DNA of 52,035 nucleotides, the filler included, from Squatina squatina (Eukaryota), in NCBI GenBank assembly GCA_031763465.1. It is 3 parts of 3 records of this genome, joined end to end, with 100 filler letters (N's around TTAATTAATTAA, not from the genome) between each part and the next. Parts side by side here need not be neighbours in the genome. Positions count along the whole stretch, not along the records: positions 1 to 13,670 come from JARFOE010000219.1; positions 13,771 to 33,970 come from JARFOE010000234.1; 1 more part is not named here. The stretch is one strand, 5' to 3'. The translations under genes and the position numbers were made by a program. Positions 10,575 through 21,255 of the stretch are shown here, piece after piece (positions within the stretch are counted from its first letter, which is position 1; each line of letters opens with the position of its first letter). The notes beneath the pieces are model-generated. The model searched no databases. It saw only the letters and a list, made by a program, of their open reading frames with translations, and was not told where the DNA came from.

Positions 10575-10849
10575 GTCAACCTGTCCCAGAAGCCGGAAGG
10601 GATTAACCTGCAGGAGCGCGTGGTGACGGTGAGCGGCGAGGCGGAACAGAACCGCAAGGCGGTGGAGCTGATCGTCCAGAAGATCCAGGAGGACCCCCAG
10701 AGCGGCAGCTGCCTCAACATCAGCTACGCCAACATCTCCGGCCCGGTTGCCAATTCTAACCCCACCGGCTCCCCCTACGCCAACTCGACGGAGGTGCTGC
10801 CGGCTGCTGCCTCTGCGGCAGGCCTGCTGGGACACGCCAACCTGGCCGT
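10575..10849 (+). pseudogene. NOVA1: NOVA1-like coding fragment (end of KH2 plus linker), 5'-truncated; retrocopy, translocated piece or misassembly
   Basis: [89 protein letters not shown]. Homology starts mid-exon, without the upstream GKGG loop. Identity is secure; functional status is not. Confidence 0.7.
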
Positions 10850-11339
10850 NNNNNNNNNNNNNNNNNNNNNNNNNNNNNNNNNNNNNNNNNNNNNNNNNNN
10901 NNNNNNNNNNNNNNNNNNNNNNNNNNNNNNNNNNNNNNNNNNNNNNNNNTAGCACCTGGGTAGCACCACTTTTCAGCACTACCAGAGTCTAAGCCAGTCC
11001 AACTGGGCCCCCATCCTCTCTAAGGCGTTCCGTTAGAAATTTGCAGGAGGGAGCATTTGGTGAATTATTAAACACAAGTGAGCTGGCAGCCGGAAAACAC
11101 TAACCTGTTGGCTGAAGGGTCAGTCAATACCCCAAAGACCCATATTAAAAAACCTCATTTTGCCTATCTGGGTATTTCAGAGTTCTCCTGTTTTCACTGT
11201 AGAGACAGTGACAGAGCTCTGCCATCTGCTGCAGGCTGATTTGCAAATGATGTCAAGGACTGGAATAGTTCCAAGTAGCCGTGAAGGTTACAATGACAAT
11301 AAATTGTATGTAACAGGTTCTTTCCAGGCCTGTCTGCAG

Positions 11340-11609
11340 TTCATACCTGATGATATCCAGCTCTACCTCACCAGCACTTCTCTCAACCCCTCCACTGTCT
11401 TAAATTGTCAGACTGCTTGTCTAACATCCAGTATTGGATGAACAGACTTTTCTTCTAGCTAAATATTGGGTACAGTCTTCTCAATATTTTAATTGCTCCG
11501 CCATTAGTTGCCTAGGCCCTAAACTCTGGAATTCCCTCCCTAAACCACTCCATCTCTCTCTCCTCTTTTAAGACGCTCCTTAAAACCTACCTTTTTGACC
11601 AAGCTTTTG
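11340..11609 (+). mobile_element. L2 LINE 3' fragment
   Basis: DDIQLYL reverse transcriptase motif remnant, then ctctggaattccctccctaaacc...aagacgctccttaaaacctacctttttgaccaagcttttg. Confidence 0.8.
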
Positions 11610-12319
11610 NNNNNNNNNNNNNNNNNNNNNNNNNNNNNNNNNNNNNNNNNNNNNNNNNNNNNNNNNNNNNNNNNNNNNNNNNNNNNNNNNNNNNNNNNNN
11701 NNNNNNNNNACATCTTTATAAGATACAAAAGTGAAGCATAAGAATTTAAATGGTAACTCATTTCAATGATTTATTTCAAGTCTCTTTAGCAATTCTTAAT
11801 TATTGGGAATATGATATAAAAATACAATCTTCTGCTTTGTTGATTAGCTAATGTTTAAAATGTTACTAAAATTTTAATGTAGTTTGGAAAACAATGCATC
11901 TCCTTTTCATTTGACTGGATTACTGCAATTCCCACAGAGCAATAGTCGTATCCATTTCTTTAAGAACAGGCAGGCACTGCACTGACGCAGATCAACTGCT
12001 GTTGCATTCACAGGGAGGTTAGTTCTCTCTCGCTCTCTCTTCAAATCTTGCTGCTCTGATTTCAGCCCAGCGAAAGCAGCAGCACGAGCGAAAAAGAAGT
12101 GTTCAGACTCGGGCTGAGAGAGGTCAAGTCTCAGTTACCATGTTATGAAAAGGTTCCCAGGGAAACAGCACATCAGTATCCAAAGCATGCTGCATCGCCT
12201 CCAAACAATCATTCAGGCAGCAGACTTAGCTTCACCACTGGGTTTCCAGCACGGTGTCTGAGATATGTGCAGCTACAGGAAACTATAAGTACAAATAACT
12301 CCAACAATCACTGCAAAAG

Positions 12320-12395
12320 ATGAAGAAACATTCGGCTAGAGTGGCACCGCTAGCTGCTTATAGCACTTCAGTTTTAACAGCTTCAATAACAGAAG
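12320..12395 (+). CDS. SLC35F4: SLC35F4 alternative first coding exon
   Basis: MKKHSARVAPLAAYSTSVLTASITE then G|gtaac (phase 1, same as the exon ending 10326). Closely resembles the recalled SLC35F3 short-isoform start MKKHSARVAPLSACNSPVLTLTKVEG. Confidence 0.75.
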
Positions 12396-12821
12396 GTAAC
12401 TGCAATATATTGCTGATCTCACTTTTTGTCTATCCTTCCGTTTTAAAATCAAAGACACTGGATAGATTTAAAAACTGCTTTGAATTTGTGTTTTGGGAGG
12501 TGGTTCAAACTGCTGGTAAATATTTTATTACATTGGTGTTTAATTTATGATATAATGTATATGCTAGCAGTGAGATGGAGAAGCATTATAATGGAATGTA
12601 CATTTCCTGTTGTTGCAATGAATTGCTGCTCTGGTACTAATGCTCCCAGAATTTTCCCAATCTCTGTTCACTCACCTAATGCGAGAGACAGTATCAGCAG
12701 AAAAAGACTATCTAAACTCATAGGTATATTTGCAAGACAGAATTGTTACCAATCCAATTAAGCAGCTTCTGATTTTAATCCGGTTTATATTAATGTAATT
12801 AGATGTGGGCATTGCTGGCAA

Positions 12822-12882
12822 GGGCAGCATTTATTGTCAATCCTTAATTGTGAAGGTGGTGATCCGCCTTCTTGAACTGCTG
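12822..12882 (-). mobile_element. Retroposon 3' tail shared with the SINE at 13855-14246
   Basis: gatgtgggcattgctggcaagggcagcatttattg. The same tail is at 33815-33970. Confidence 0.65.
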
Positions 12883-12982
12883 NNNNNNNNNNNNNNNNNN
12901 NNNNNNNNNNNNNNNNNNNNNNNNNNNNNNNNNNNNNNNNNNNNNNNNNNNNNNNNNNNNNNNNNNNNNNNNNNNNNNNNNN

Positions 12983-13232
12983 ACGTTAAGACACGCTGTC
13001 AATCATGCACCTCTGCATTTTTCAAGATTTTCTGGGGGTTTCTAGTTATTCTTTCTGTGTCATCCTCCTGGGTTGGCACTACACAGATTGTCAAAGTCAC
13101 ATACAAGAACTTCCATTGTCCTTTTTTTATGACCTGGTTCTCCACAAATTGGAACATAATGTTTTTCCCTGTGTACTACTCGGGACACTTGGCAACAGCA
13201 CAGGAAAAACAGACACTAATTAAAAAAATTAG
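12983..13232 (+). CDS. SLC35F4: SLC35F4 exon (first TM helices), 5' end lost in gap
   Basis: FWGFLVILSVSSSWVGTTQIVKVTYKNFHCPFFMTWFSTNWNIMFFPVYYSGHLATAQEKQ, with donor AG|gtact. Confidence 0.93.
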
Positions 13233-13407
13233 GTACTTATTCCTTCTCTTTTTTTATAATAAAAAGTTAAAGATATTGTGTAATTCAAAACTATATATCG
13301 TTAGGTTTGCTAAATCTTTGTCACAATGGGTAGCTGATGCTGATTACATTTTTCTGCAGTCACTTTTTCATATTACCACCCGAGTCGCAGATTGCAATGT
13401 GTCTCAC

Positions 13408-13670
13408 TCACAACAACAACTTGCATTTATATAGCGCCTTTCACATAGTAAAACTTCCAAGGCGCTTCATAGGAGCGTTATCAAGCAGAATTTGATACCA
13501 CAAGGAGATATTAGGACAGATGACCCAAAAACTTGGTCAAAGAGATAGGAATTAAGGAGCGTCTTAAAGGAGGAGAGAGAGGTAGAAAGGCGCAGAGGTT
13601 TAGGCAGGGAATTCCAGACCTTAGCGCAGAGACAGCGGAAGGCATGGCTGCCAGTGGCAGAACAATTAAA
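13408..13670 (-). mobile_element. L2 LINE 3' end
   Basis: caacaacaacttgcatttatatagcgcctt... is the reverse complement of the L2 tail seen at 20792-21255 and 51130-51430. Confidence 0.8.
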
Positions 13671-13770
13671 NNNNNNNNNNNNNNNNNNNNNNNNNNNNNN
13701 NNNNNNNNNNNNNNTTAATTAATTAANNNNNNNNNNNNNNNNNNNNNNNNNNNNNNNNNNNNNNNNNNNN
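13671..13770. other. Artificial scaffold-concatenation linker 44N-TTAATTAATTAA-44N
   Basis: Palindromic 12-mer with stop codons in all six frames, centred in Ns. Identical copy at 33971-34070. Synteny changes at both. Confidence 0.95.
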
Positions 13771-13854
13771 AAAACTCTAAAATGCCAGAACTGAGATTGT
13801 GCAAATAAATCATAACCAATTTAGACTCTTTGCGATGTATAGAACACAATATGG

Positions 13855-14246
13855 ATACAGTAGCATAGTGATCAGGTTACTGGACTAGTAATAAGTGAGA
13901 AAGTGAGTTCAACTCCCATCAGTGAGAATTTGAGTTTACTTTTTTTAAATAATCAAGTAAAAAGCTGACCATGAAGTTGTCAAATTGTTGTAAAAACACA
14001 GATGGCCATTCTTTAATGTCCCTTAAAGAATGAAAGAAACCAGTCGTCATCGCCCAGTCTGGCCTGTATCCGACTGGATGGTTGACTCTTAACTTGCCTC
14101 TGAAGTGGCCTAACAAGATACTCAGTTGTATCAAATTGCTACAAAAGAATAACAATACAGCAGTTTAAGGTGGTAGCCCATCACCATCTTCACAGGGCAA
14201 CAGGGGAGGGGCAATAAATGCCAGCCTTGCCAGCGGTGCCCATAAG
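13855..14246 (+). mobile_element. tRNA-derived SINE (family not assigned)
   Basis: A-box-like tagcatagtg, B-box-like gagttcaactccc, core taatgtccct...ggttgactcttaac...tggcctaacaag, and tail gggcaataaatgccagccttgccagcg. Confidence 0.7.
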
Positions 14247-16273
14247 ATGAACACTTTCTCAAAGTACAAAATAAGTAGAAAAGCAGTTTTTTCTCAATTC
14301 CACTAAATCCAAGATTCTACTTATTTTCTAAAGGCACAAATATAAGCCTCCTCCTTGCATGCACAGCTACTCTTCTGATCTTGCACAATAGCCATTTTTT
14401 TGAATCATAAAGCTATCACCAGGTTTTGAACTATTACTAGCGGAAACAAAATCTAATTTGATTTCTTTTGTGAAAATGAACTCTGACTATGAGAATAGAA
14501 AAAAATACAATTTTCACTCAAGGTGCATTGATTAAAACTAGCAGTCTGAATCCATGGCTTGATCTGCAGGAAAGGTTTCCATAAATGAATACAGAAACCC
14601 ACCTGCACTGACAAATGGGAGGAAAAACACTGGATAGATGTGCAGCAAGCGGAAAGACAGTACCAAGTGTCAACATGGAAAATCATTGGCACAAAGTACC
14701 AGCAAGTAAGAATAAAACTGTCATCTAACGGCTGCAGATGATCTATACTACAGCAGTGCCAAGTCTCTCATATCCATCAACTGAAGCCCAGAATTAGGTT
14801 ACAGCCTTGAAATTGTTCCCTGTATATGCAGTTATTTATAATTAGCACAAATGGTTTGTTGCAATAAGAAAAATGCCAACATCACAGGGGCAATTGTAGT
14901 ATCTCAGGCTGGGTCTCAATCTAATGAAGCTCTCTGCCCTTTTCTCGTCTTCATGCACCATCAGTTTTTCTGCTGTTCCTACTCTGTCTACCTGCTCAGG
15001 CCAACACTGTGCTCACTAACATGGTGACTGACCACTGGGACTTCAAGCAAAATCACACAACTCAGGAAGCATGCCATATATATGTGCAGAAAATCATGGA
15101 GTTTGTCGCAGGATTTGCCACCAAGTCAGATCCCTTGCCTTATATTTGTTTTTAAATATCTTAAACAGGGAATGCGGAGAGGACAGGAAGATTCTGCAGC
15201 TGGCCTGCACAAATGTCAACTCAAGTTTTTTGTCCTTTATCTATAGGTCACACTATATATATTAAACAGGTGGTAGTATTGTAAATTTAATAAACAATTG
15301 ACTCCCTAGAACATTCAAAATTAAGTGCATTTAAAAAATGTCTCTCACTTACAGCAAGAGATGGCATGACGATAGGTTGTCCAAATCTCAGAATGACCGA
15401 AAAGTCAACTTTCAAGTCTTTTTTTTCTATGATTCACACCGTAAAATTTTTTTAAGTACATCAACTGACGGACTTCTTCACCTGGTGATCATGAAAGCTC
15501 GACAACATTTGATATGTCTAAATTACATCTGATATGCCTAAATGACTTGTGGACCCAGAATTAATTCTACGGGGGAGAAGAACGAATGAGATGAAACAAC
15601 AGGACACAAGGTTTACTTATAAATAAAGCCAACTACATAGTGGTAGGATGGAGAAAGGCTGCTTAAAGCTAAGTTATAATCTAACTGAATGCAACAGATT
15701 GCAGTGCCTTCTACTGTCTATCACAGGGAAGTCCTCCAAAAGAATTAAATACCAATATATAGCGGCAGCACGACTGTCCTCTGCTGGGGGGGGGGGTGAA
15801 GAAAAGGAAACGTAAGTAACTTTCGTCTGAAAGGGGCAAAGCATTATTCCTGAAGGGATCAAAGCTAATGAGCATAAGCAAGGAACAGGGCCAGGCTGGT
15901 GATGAGAACAGATTTATAGTCATTATGCGCAGAGGACTCAAAACAATGCTTCATCTTTGTGGGTGTGGACCTTTCCTAGTGAAGTAAGACCATTCAATTG
16001 GACTTGTACAAAAGTGAGGCACTGCCCTGCTCATTGGGAGGGGGGCGCATAGCTTGAATTTTTTTTTTAAAAAGCATAATAGATACCAAAAATCTAAAAT
16101 ATTTTAAAATTAACATCAAGAGCTCCCNNNNNNNNNNNNNNNNNNNNNNNNNNNNNNNNNNNNNNNNNNNNNNNNNNNNNNNNNNNNNNNNNNNNNNNNN
16201 NNNNNNNNNNNNNNNNNNNNNNNNNNNCAATGTAGAATTTTTATTTCATGAATTATTACAGGTTCTTCCTTAC

Positions 16274-16442
16274 CCAGGCCTTTGGGAACAACTCCACTAC
16301 GATCTTGAGGATTCACAACCCAGTAATAGTATTTCAGGGTGTGCATTATCTGTAACACAGTACCAACTCTTCGAACTGCATTATAAATAGTAGCTGTACT
16401 GATAAACTCAGTGGACAAGTAGGTGTAGAGCTGTAATTGGAC
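16274..16442 (-). CDS. LRBA: LRBA (BEACH family) internal exon
   Basis: aatccag|GTC CAA...GGC CTG G|gtaag, 169 nt. Translates VQLQLYTYLSTEFISTATIYNAVRRVGTVLQIMHTLKYYYWVVNPQDRSGVVPKGL. NPQDRSG favours LRBA over NBEA. Confidence 0.85.
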
Positions 16443-17644
16443 CTGGATTGAAGTAAATAGGGTAAAAAAAAAAGCTCGGTCTAATCGTTGGATCCTGGGC
16501 AGCTCTCCTATACGGTATAGTCACGGTTTGAGCTGGTATCAGCCATGCATACCTCTGCTGCCACGTCAAACTGCAGCCTGCCCGAAAACAAAAAGTGCAA
16601 TCAGCATCCGGCTACAGATACACAGGGGCAGGCTTGACCTGAGAATCTACAGAATTCCAGCTCACTTCCGTTCGGTCTGATGCACTAATGGATTAACTGG
16701 AATCTGTCTGCTCTTGACCAGCAAGGCATTCCCGAGTCTGCTCGAGTCTTTCCACGTCCCGTGACAGCTGGTCAGGCTCTCTTTTTTTTTCGTTTTCTCT
16801 CTTTTTCACACACAGCCACGTACACCCACTTAGTCTCTATTCTTCAGGTGTATTACAGGAATATCTATGTGTTGCACAAAAATAAATTTCTATCTAACTA
16901 CATTCATGCTGATTGCTGCTTTTTAAGTGAGTCAAAATCGGCAATTAATTGAATGAATATTGGTGAATATTAGTGAATAGAAATGCAGTTGGGCAGACTG
17001 TGTTTTGTATAGGTTAACCCAGAGGAAGGAGTGTGTTATGAGGCATTCAGGGGCTCAAATGATATAAACAGCAAAGTCTCAGCTCTGGTGGTTATCTGAA
17101 CCTTGACTTTCTTGTTTGTTTTGAAAAACAATCCAGATTATNNNNNNNNNNNNNNNNNNNNNNNNNNNNNNNNNNNNNNNNNNNNNNNNNNNNNNNNNNN
17201 NNNNNNNNNNNNNNNNNNNNNNNNNNNNNNNNNNNNNNNNNACCACGGGTCATGCATTTACACACATGCACTGTAAACCTATCTGAGACCTTCCTGTATT
17301 CTCTCTTATTCTGACCCCACCTAATACTGTACTATTTAATATTCTCGTGCTACCTGTCTCTTCCATTCCTTTGTGCACCTTGTTTCTCCTTTATAATGCT
17401 ACACTCTGGTGTCATTGCCAACGCCAGTGGTGTCGTGGGCCAGCCAGCCTCCAATTTTGGAGGCGGTGCCCCCACGTAGCAAAGGGGGGTCACGGGCGCA
17501 CAGAGAGGGTCGGCATGCGATGTAATGACGTCGCACGTCCGACACCGGCGCCAACAGTATCCCCGACAGCGAGGCCTATACGCCACCGGGGCACCAGGCA
17601 CAATTCAACAATTTTTAATTTTTCCACTCTATGCTGATTTCATG

Positions 17645-18270
17645 CCCGGGATCCTTGGTTTTATAAATAGAGGCATAGAGTACAAAAGCAAGGAAGTTAT
17701 CGTAACTCTTTATAAAACACTGGTTTGGGACCAGCTGAAGTATTGTGGCCAATTCTGGGCAGCACATTTTGTGAATGTTGTCAAGGCCTTAGAAAGGGCG
17801 CTGAGGATATTTACTAGAATGGTACCAAGGGTGAGGGACTTCAGTTATGTAGAAAGATTGTAGAAACTGGGGTTCTTCTCCTTAGAGCAGAGACATTTCA
17901 GGGGAAATTTGATGGAGGAGTTCAAAATCTTTAAGGGTTTTGATGGAGTAAATAAGGAGAAACAGTTTCCACTGGCAGAAGGGTCTGTAATCAGAGGTCA
18001 CAGATTTAAGGTAATTGGCAAAAGAACCAGAGGCAACATGAGGAAACAAATTTTCATGCAGCGAGTTGTTCTGATCTGGAATGCATGGCCTGAAAGGGTG
18101 ATGGAGGCCTATTCAGTAGCAAGTTTCAAAAGAGAATTAGATATGCACAAGAAGGGGAAAAATCTGCAGGGCTATGGGGGAAAGAACCGGGGAGTGGGAA
18201 TAATTGGACAGCACTTTCAAAGAGCTGGAACAGGCATGATGGGCCAAATGGCCTGTGTTGCATGATTCCG
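17645..18270 (+). mobile_element. CR1 LINE 3' end
   Basis: ILGFINRGIEYKSKEVI..LYKTLV...YCGQFW, then RGHRFKV...VVLIWNA.PE, and tail gggccaaatggcct. Confidence 0.9.
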
Positions 18271-19276
18271 AAGGTCTTCCTGTGTCTAGCAGGCGACTCG
18301 CTCACTCGGCCTCCCACCTGAGGATTGTGATTCCCATGCGCACGAATTGCTGGTGATTGCTGGCCCATCCTTTGGAAAATGGGGCAACGAGAGTGACACA
18401 CTGAGGATGTCCTTACCCAGCATTCATAGCGGTAACGCAAACCTTCAGTTTAAACCAGGCTTTCACCGCTGCTATATCTACTGGGGTAACCCTGCTATTG
18501 AGCCCTTCCTTGCTTTTCTCTCACTCTCCAACTGGAGAGAGTTCGATAAAATGGTGCCAACCTCCCAACCAGTTGGGCCGAAGAGATAGAGGTAGAGAGA
18601 AGAAGCATCTGTTAATGCCGCTCAGCACTGGCTCTGTGGCTCATGTGATAAATGCAGCTTTTTAGGCACATAATGGGTGTCTATATCACGACTGATAATC
18701 TAGAATGTCTATTGACATCACTGTGCCAGCCAATGAGTTGGAGGTGGGAAGGGGTAGGTGGGATTTATAGCAGGACTCTCAGCAAACTAAGTCTATTTAA
18801 ATGGCACACTGCAGCAAACAGTCCACAGAGTCTGTTTTTTAAAAAAAAAGATTCACTGAACTCATGACCGAAACTACAACAAAGTCTCCTGATAAAAGCA
18901 CGGTGACTTTTCCAGCAAAATGCAGTGAGTGGAGGATAGTTCCATAATACCAATTATGTGCGTCAAAATCAATCCCAGTCACTTACAACAGTGCCGTCTT
19001 CAGGCGTGCTTGATGGGGGATCGCCCAACCATCTCCATTCTGGCCAGGAATAGCGGTGTCTCTATACGCAGCCCTGAAAATCTCGCACCTGTGAGCTATG
19101 CCTTTGGTAGAGGCCAGGGAGCAAGGTGCCCAACTTTACATCATCCAGGAAACCCTAAAGGGGAACTGGGGGTGGTAGGGCGGAGCTTTTCAAGTGATGG
19201 GGAGCAAACCTTTTTTGGCAAATTGTTGAGTAAAGTCACTCACGTTAGCTTTTTTTTTTCCTCCCCCAATGTGAAG

Positions 19277-19440
19277 CCTCATCAGACCCTAAACACTGAG
19301 ACAGCTCTTCCAGTTGTGAAAACAGAGGATCCTCCGACACCACCATGCATATTCGGAGATGTTCTCAACCCGCCACTGAATGTGGTCCAGCTGAATATGG
19401 TAAAAACGGAAAATGGGACGTCGCCAGTGAAACAAGGACC
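19277..19440 (+). CDS. Candidate exon of an unidentified nuclear protein, 3' end in gap
   Basis: Polypyrimidine tract 19249-19267, then AG at 19275-76 or 19284-85. Open frame PHQTLNTETALPVVKTEDPPTPPCIFGDVLNPPLNVVQLNMVKTENGTSPVKQG contains two VKTE motifs. Confidence 0.4.
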
Positions 19441-20791
19441 NNNNNNNNNNNNNNNNNNNNNNNNNNNNNNNNNNNNNNNNNNNNNNNNNNNNNNNNNNNN
19501 NNNNNNNNNNNNNNNNNNNNNNNNNNNNNNNNNNNNNNNNGAAGGGCGCTATATAAACGCAGGCTTGACCTCTTCTTTAAAAATTGAGATAATGGTAAAA
19601 ACCTTGCTACAGAATAAGCATAACATTCTTGGCAGCACAAGCCTTTAAGTATTTATGCGTACATCATGCTGCGCTGGCTGGTTGAACTCTATGCCCCGTG
19701 GAGACTCCCGCTGATTAAGAAGCACGTTTAGATGACGTGCCCCCAATTAAGATGCTTCCTGAAAAGCCAAGGTTGCCATCTTCATCTGACAGGTTTGACA
19801 GCCGACAGAGAGACAGCGAAGTTAGCTCCCATCTGGGGAGATCTTATTTAGAGTAGGTTTTTGGCTGCTGCCTTCATGCATTCGCAAATCTCTCAGAAGG
19901 GGCTGTGTAGCATTAGCTAGGTCACAGGTTGGCCCAGACTTTCCTCTTCATTATTAATCTCAGGCACAAGTGGTCATTGTGAATGAGCTTGGATAACCAC
20001 ATAATTAGGTGTGACAGATGTGTGAAAACTGCTCTTAATCCTGCGCTAATAACTAAACACACTTTTATTTGGCAGTAGATTAACATTACACCCCTAAAAG
20101 ATCTGTCTGATTGTTATTATGAAAAAAATTAATAACATTTGGGCTTATTGCATTATTTGTCACAAAGATTAAAATGAAAATACCTTGTCAATCATGTCTG
20201 CCCATGTTATTGACTTACACAATGCTTTAAAGTAATTTGGGACGTTTGAGAGATGCACTATGAGTCTTTCTCTCATTCTTTCTCAAAAGGCGAAGCAACA
20301 TATCTATTTTCGCTTGAAAAGATAATTGAACAACAGAGACATTTTGTCAAATTCCATGTTATTTAAAGACTTATCCTGCCACTATGGGATAGTTAGTGGG
20401 TAGGTTCCTTTGCACAGATTCCACTGCTAACAATTGCACGACACAAATCACAGCTGTCATGTTAATGAAAACCCTATTAACTGAACTCCTTTCAAAATGA
20501 TGAATATTTGCTTGAGCACGTGATTGAAGGTGGCGAAGATTAGTGCAGACACACTCCATTGAGCACCAGTCATGTTATGCACCATGAAAAATGTCATCTG
20601 TGTAATGCAGGCGTTCAGGGTTGAGTAATGTAAATTGTAATGTTAGACCGATGTTCTGGAGCTTACACTCAATTACATTTTGGGGTCAAGGAGAAATTGC
20701 ACAGAACAATTTCGGGTTAAAGAGAGAAAGCAAGAACATGTGTTTCCATAGTGTTGTTCAGGACATCCCAAAGTGCTTTACTACTAATGAA

Positions 20792-21255
20792 GTCATCCAA
20801 AACTCAGCTGCTCATGTCCTAACTCGCACCAGGCCCCATTCACCCATCAGCCCTGTGCTCACTGGTTAAGCAATGTCTCGATTTTAAAATTCTCATCATT
20901 ATTTTCAAATCCCTCCACGATCTCACCCCTCCCTGTCTCCGTAACCTCCTCCAGCCTTACATCCCGCCGAGATATCGGCGTTTCTCCAAGTCTGCCCTCT
21001 TGAGCATCCCCAATTTTAATTGCTCCACCATTGGCGGCTGTGCCTTCAGCTGCCTAGGCCCTAAGCTCTGGAATTCCCTCTCTAAACCTCTCTGCCTCTC
21101 TCTTCCTTTAAGATGCTTCTTAAAACCTACCTCTTTGACCTATCCTAATATCTCCCTTGTGTGGCTTGGTGTCAAATTTTGTCTGATAACGCTCCTCTGA
21201 AGTGCCTTGGGACATTTTACTATGTTAACGGTGCTGTATAAAAGCAAATTGTTGT
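20792..21255 (+). mobile_element. L2 LINE 3' end
   Basis: IQNSAAHVLTRT...ISPVL, AFSCLGPKLWNSL, ending in tail gtgccttgggacattttactatgtt...ttgttg. Confidence 0.88.

Noticed and set aside
13715-13726. Perfect palindrome TTAATTAATTAA (also at 34015-34026) as a regulatory or recombination site
   Set aside because: It is centred in exactly 44+44 Ns both times and has stops in six frames, so it is an assembly linker.
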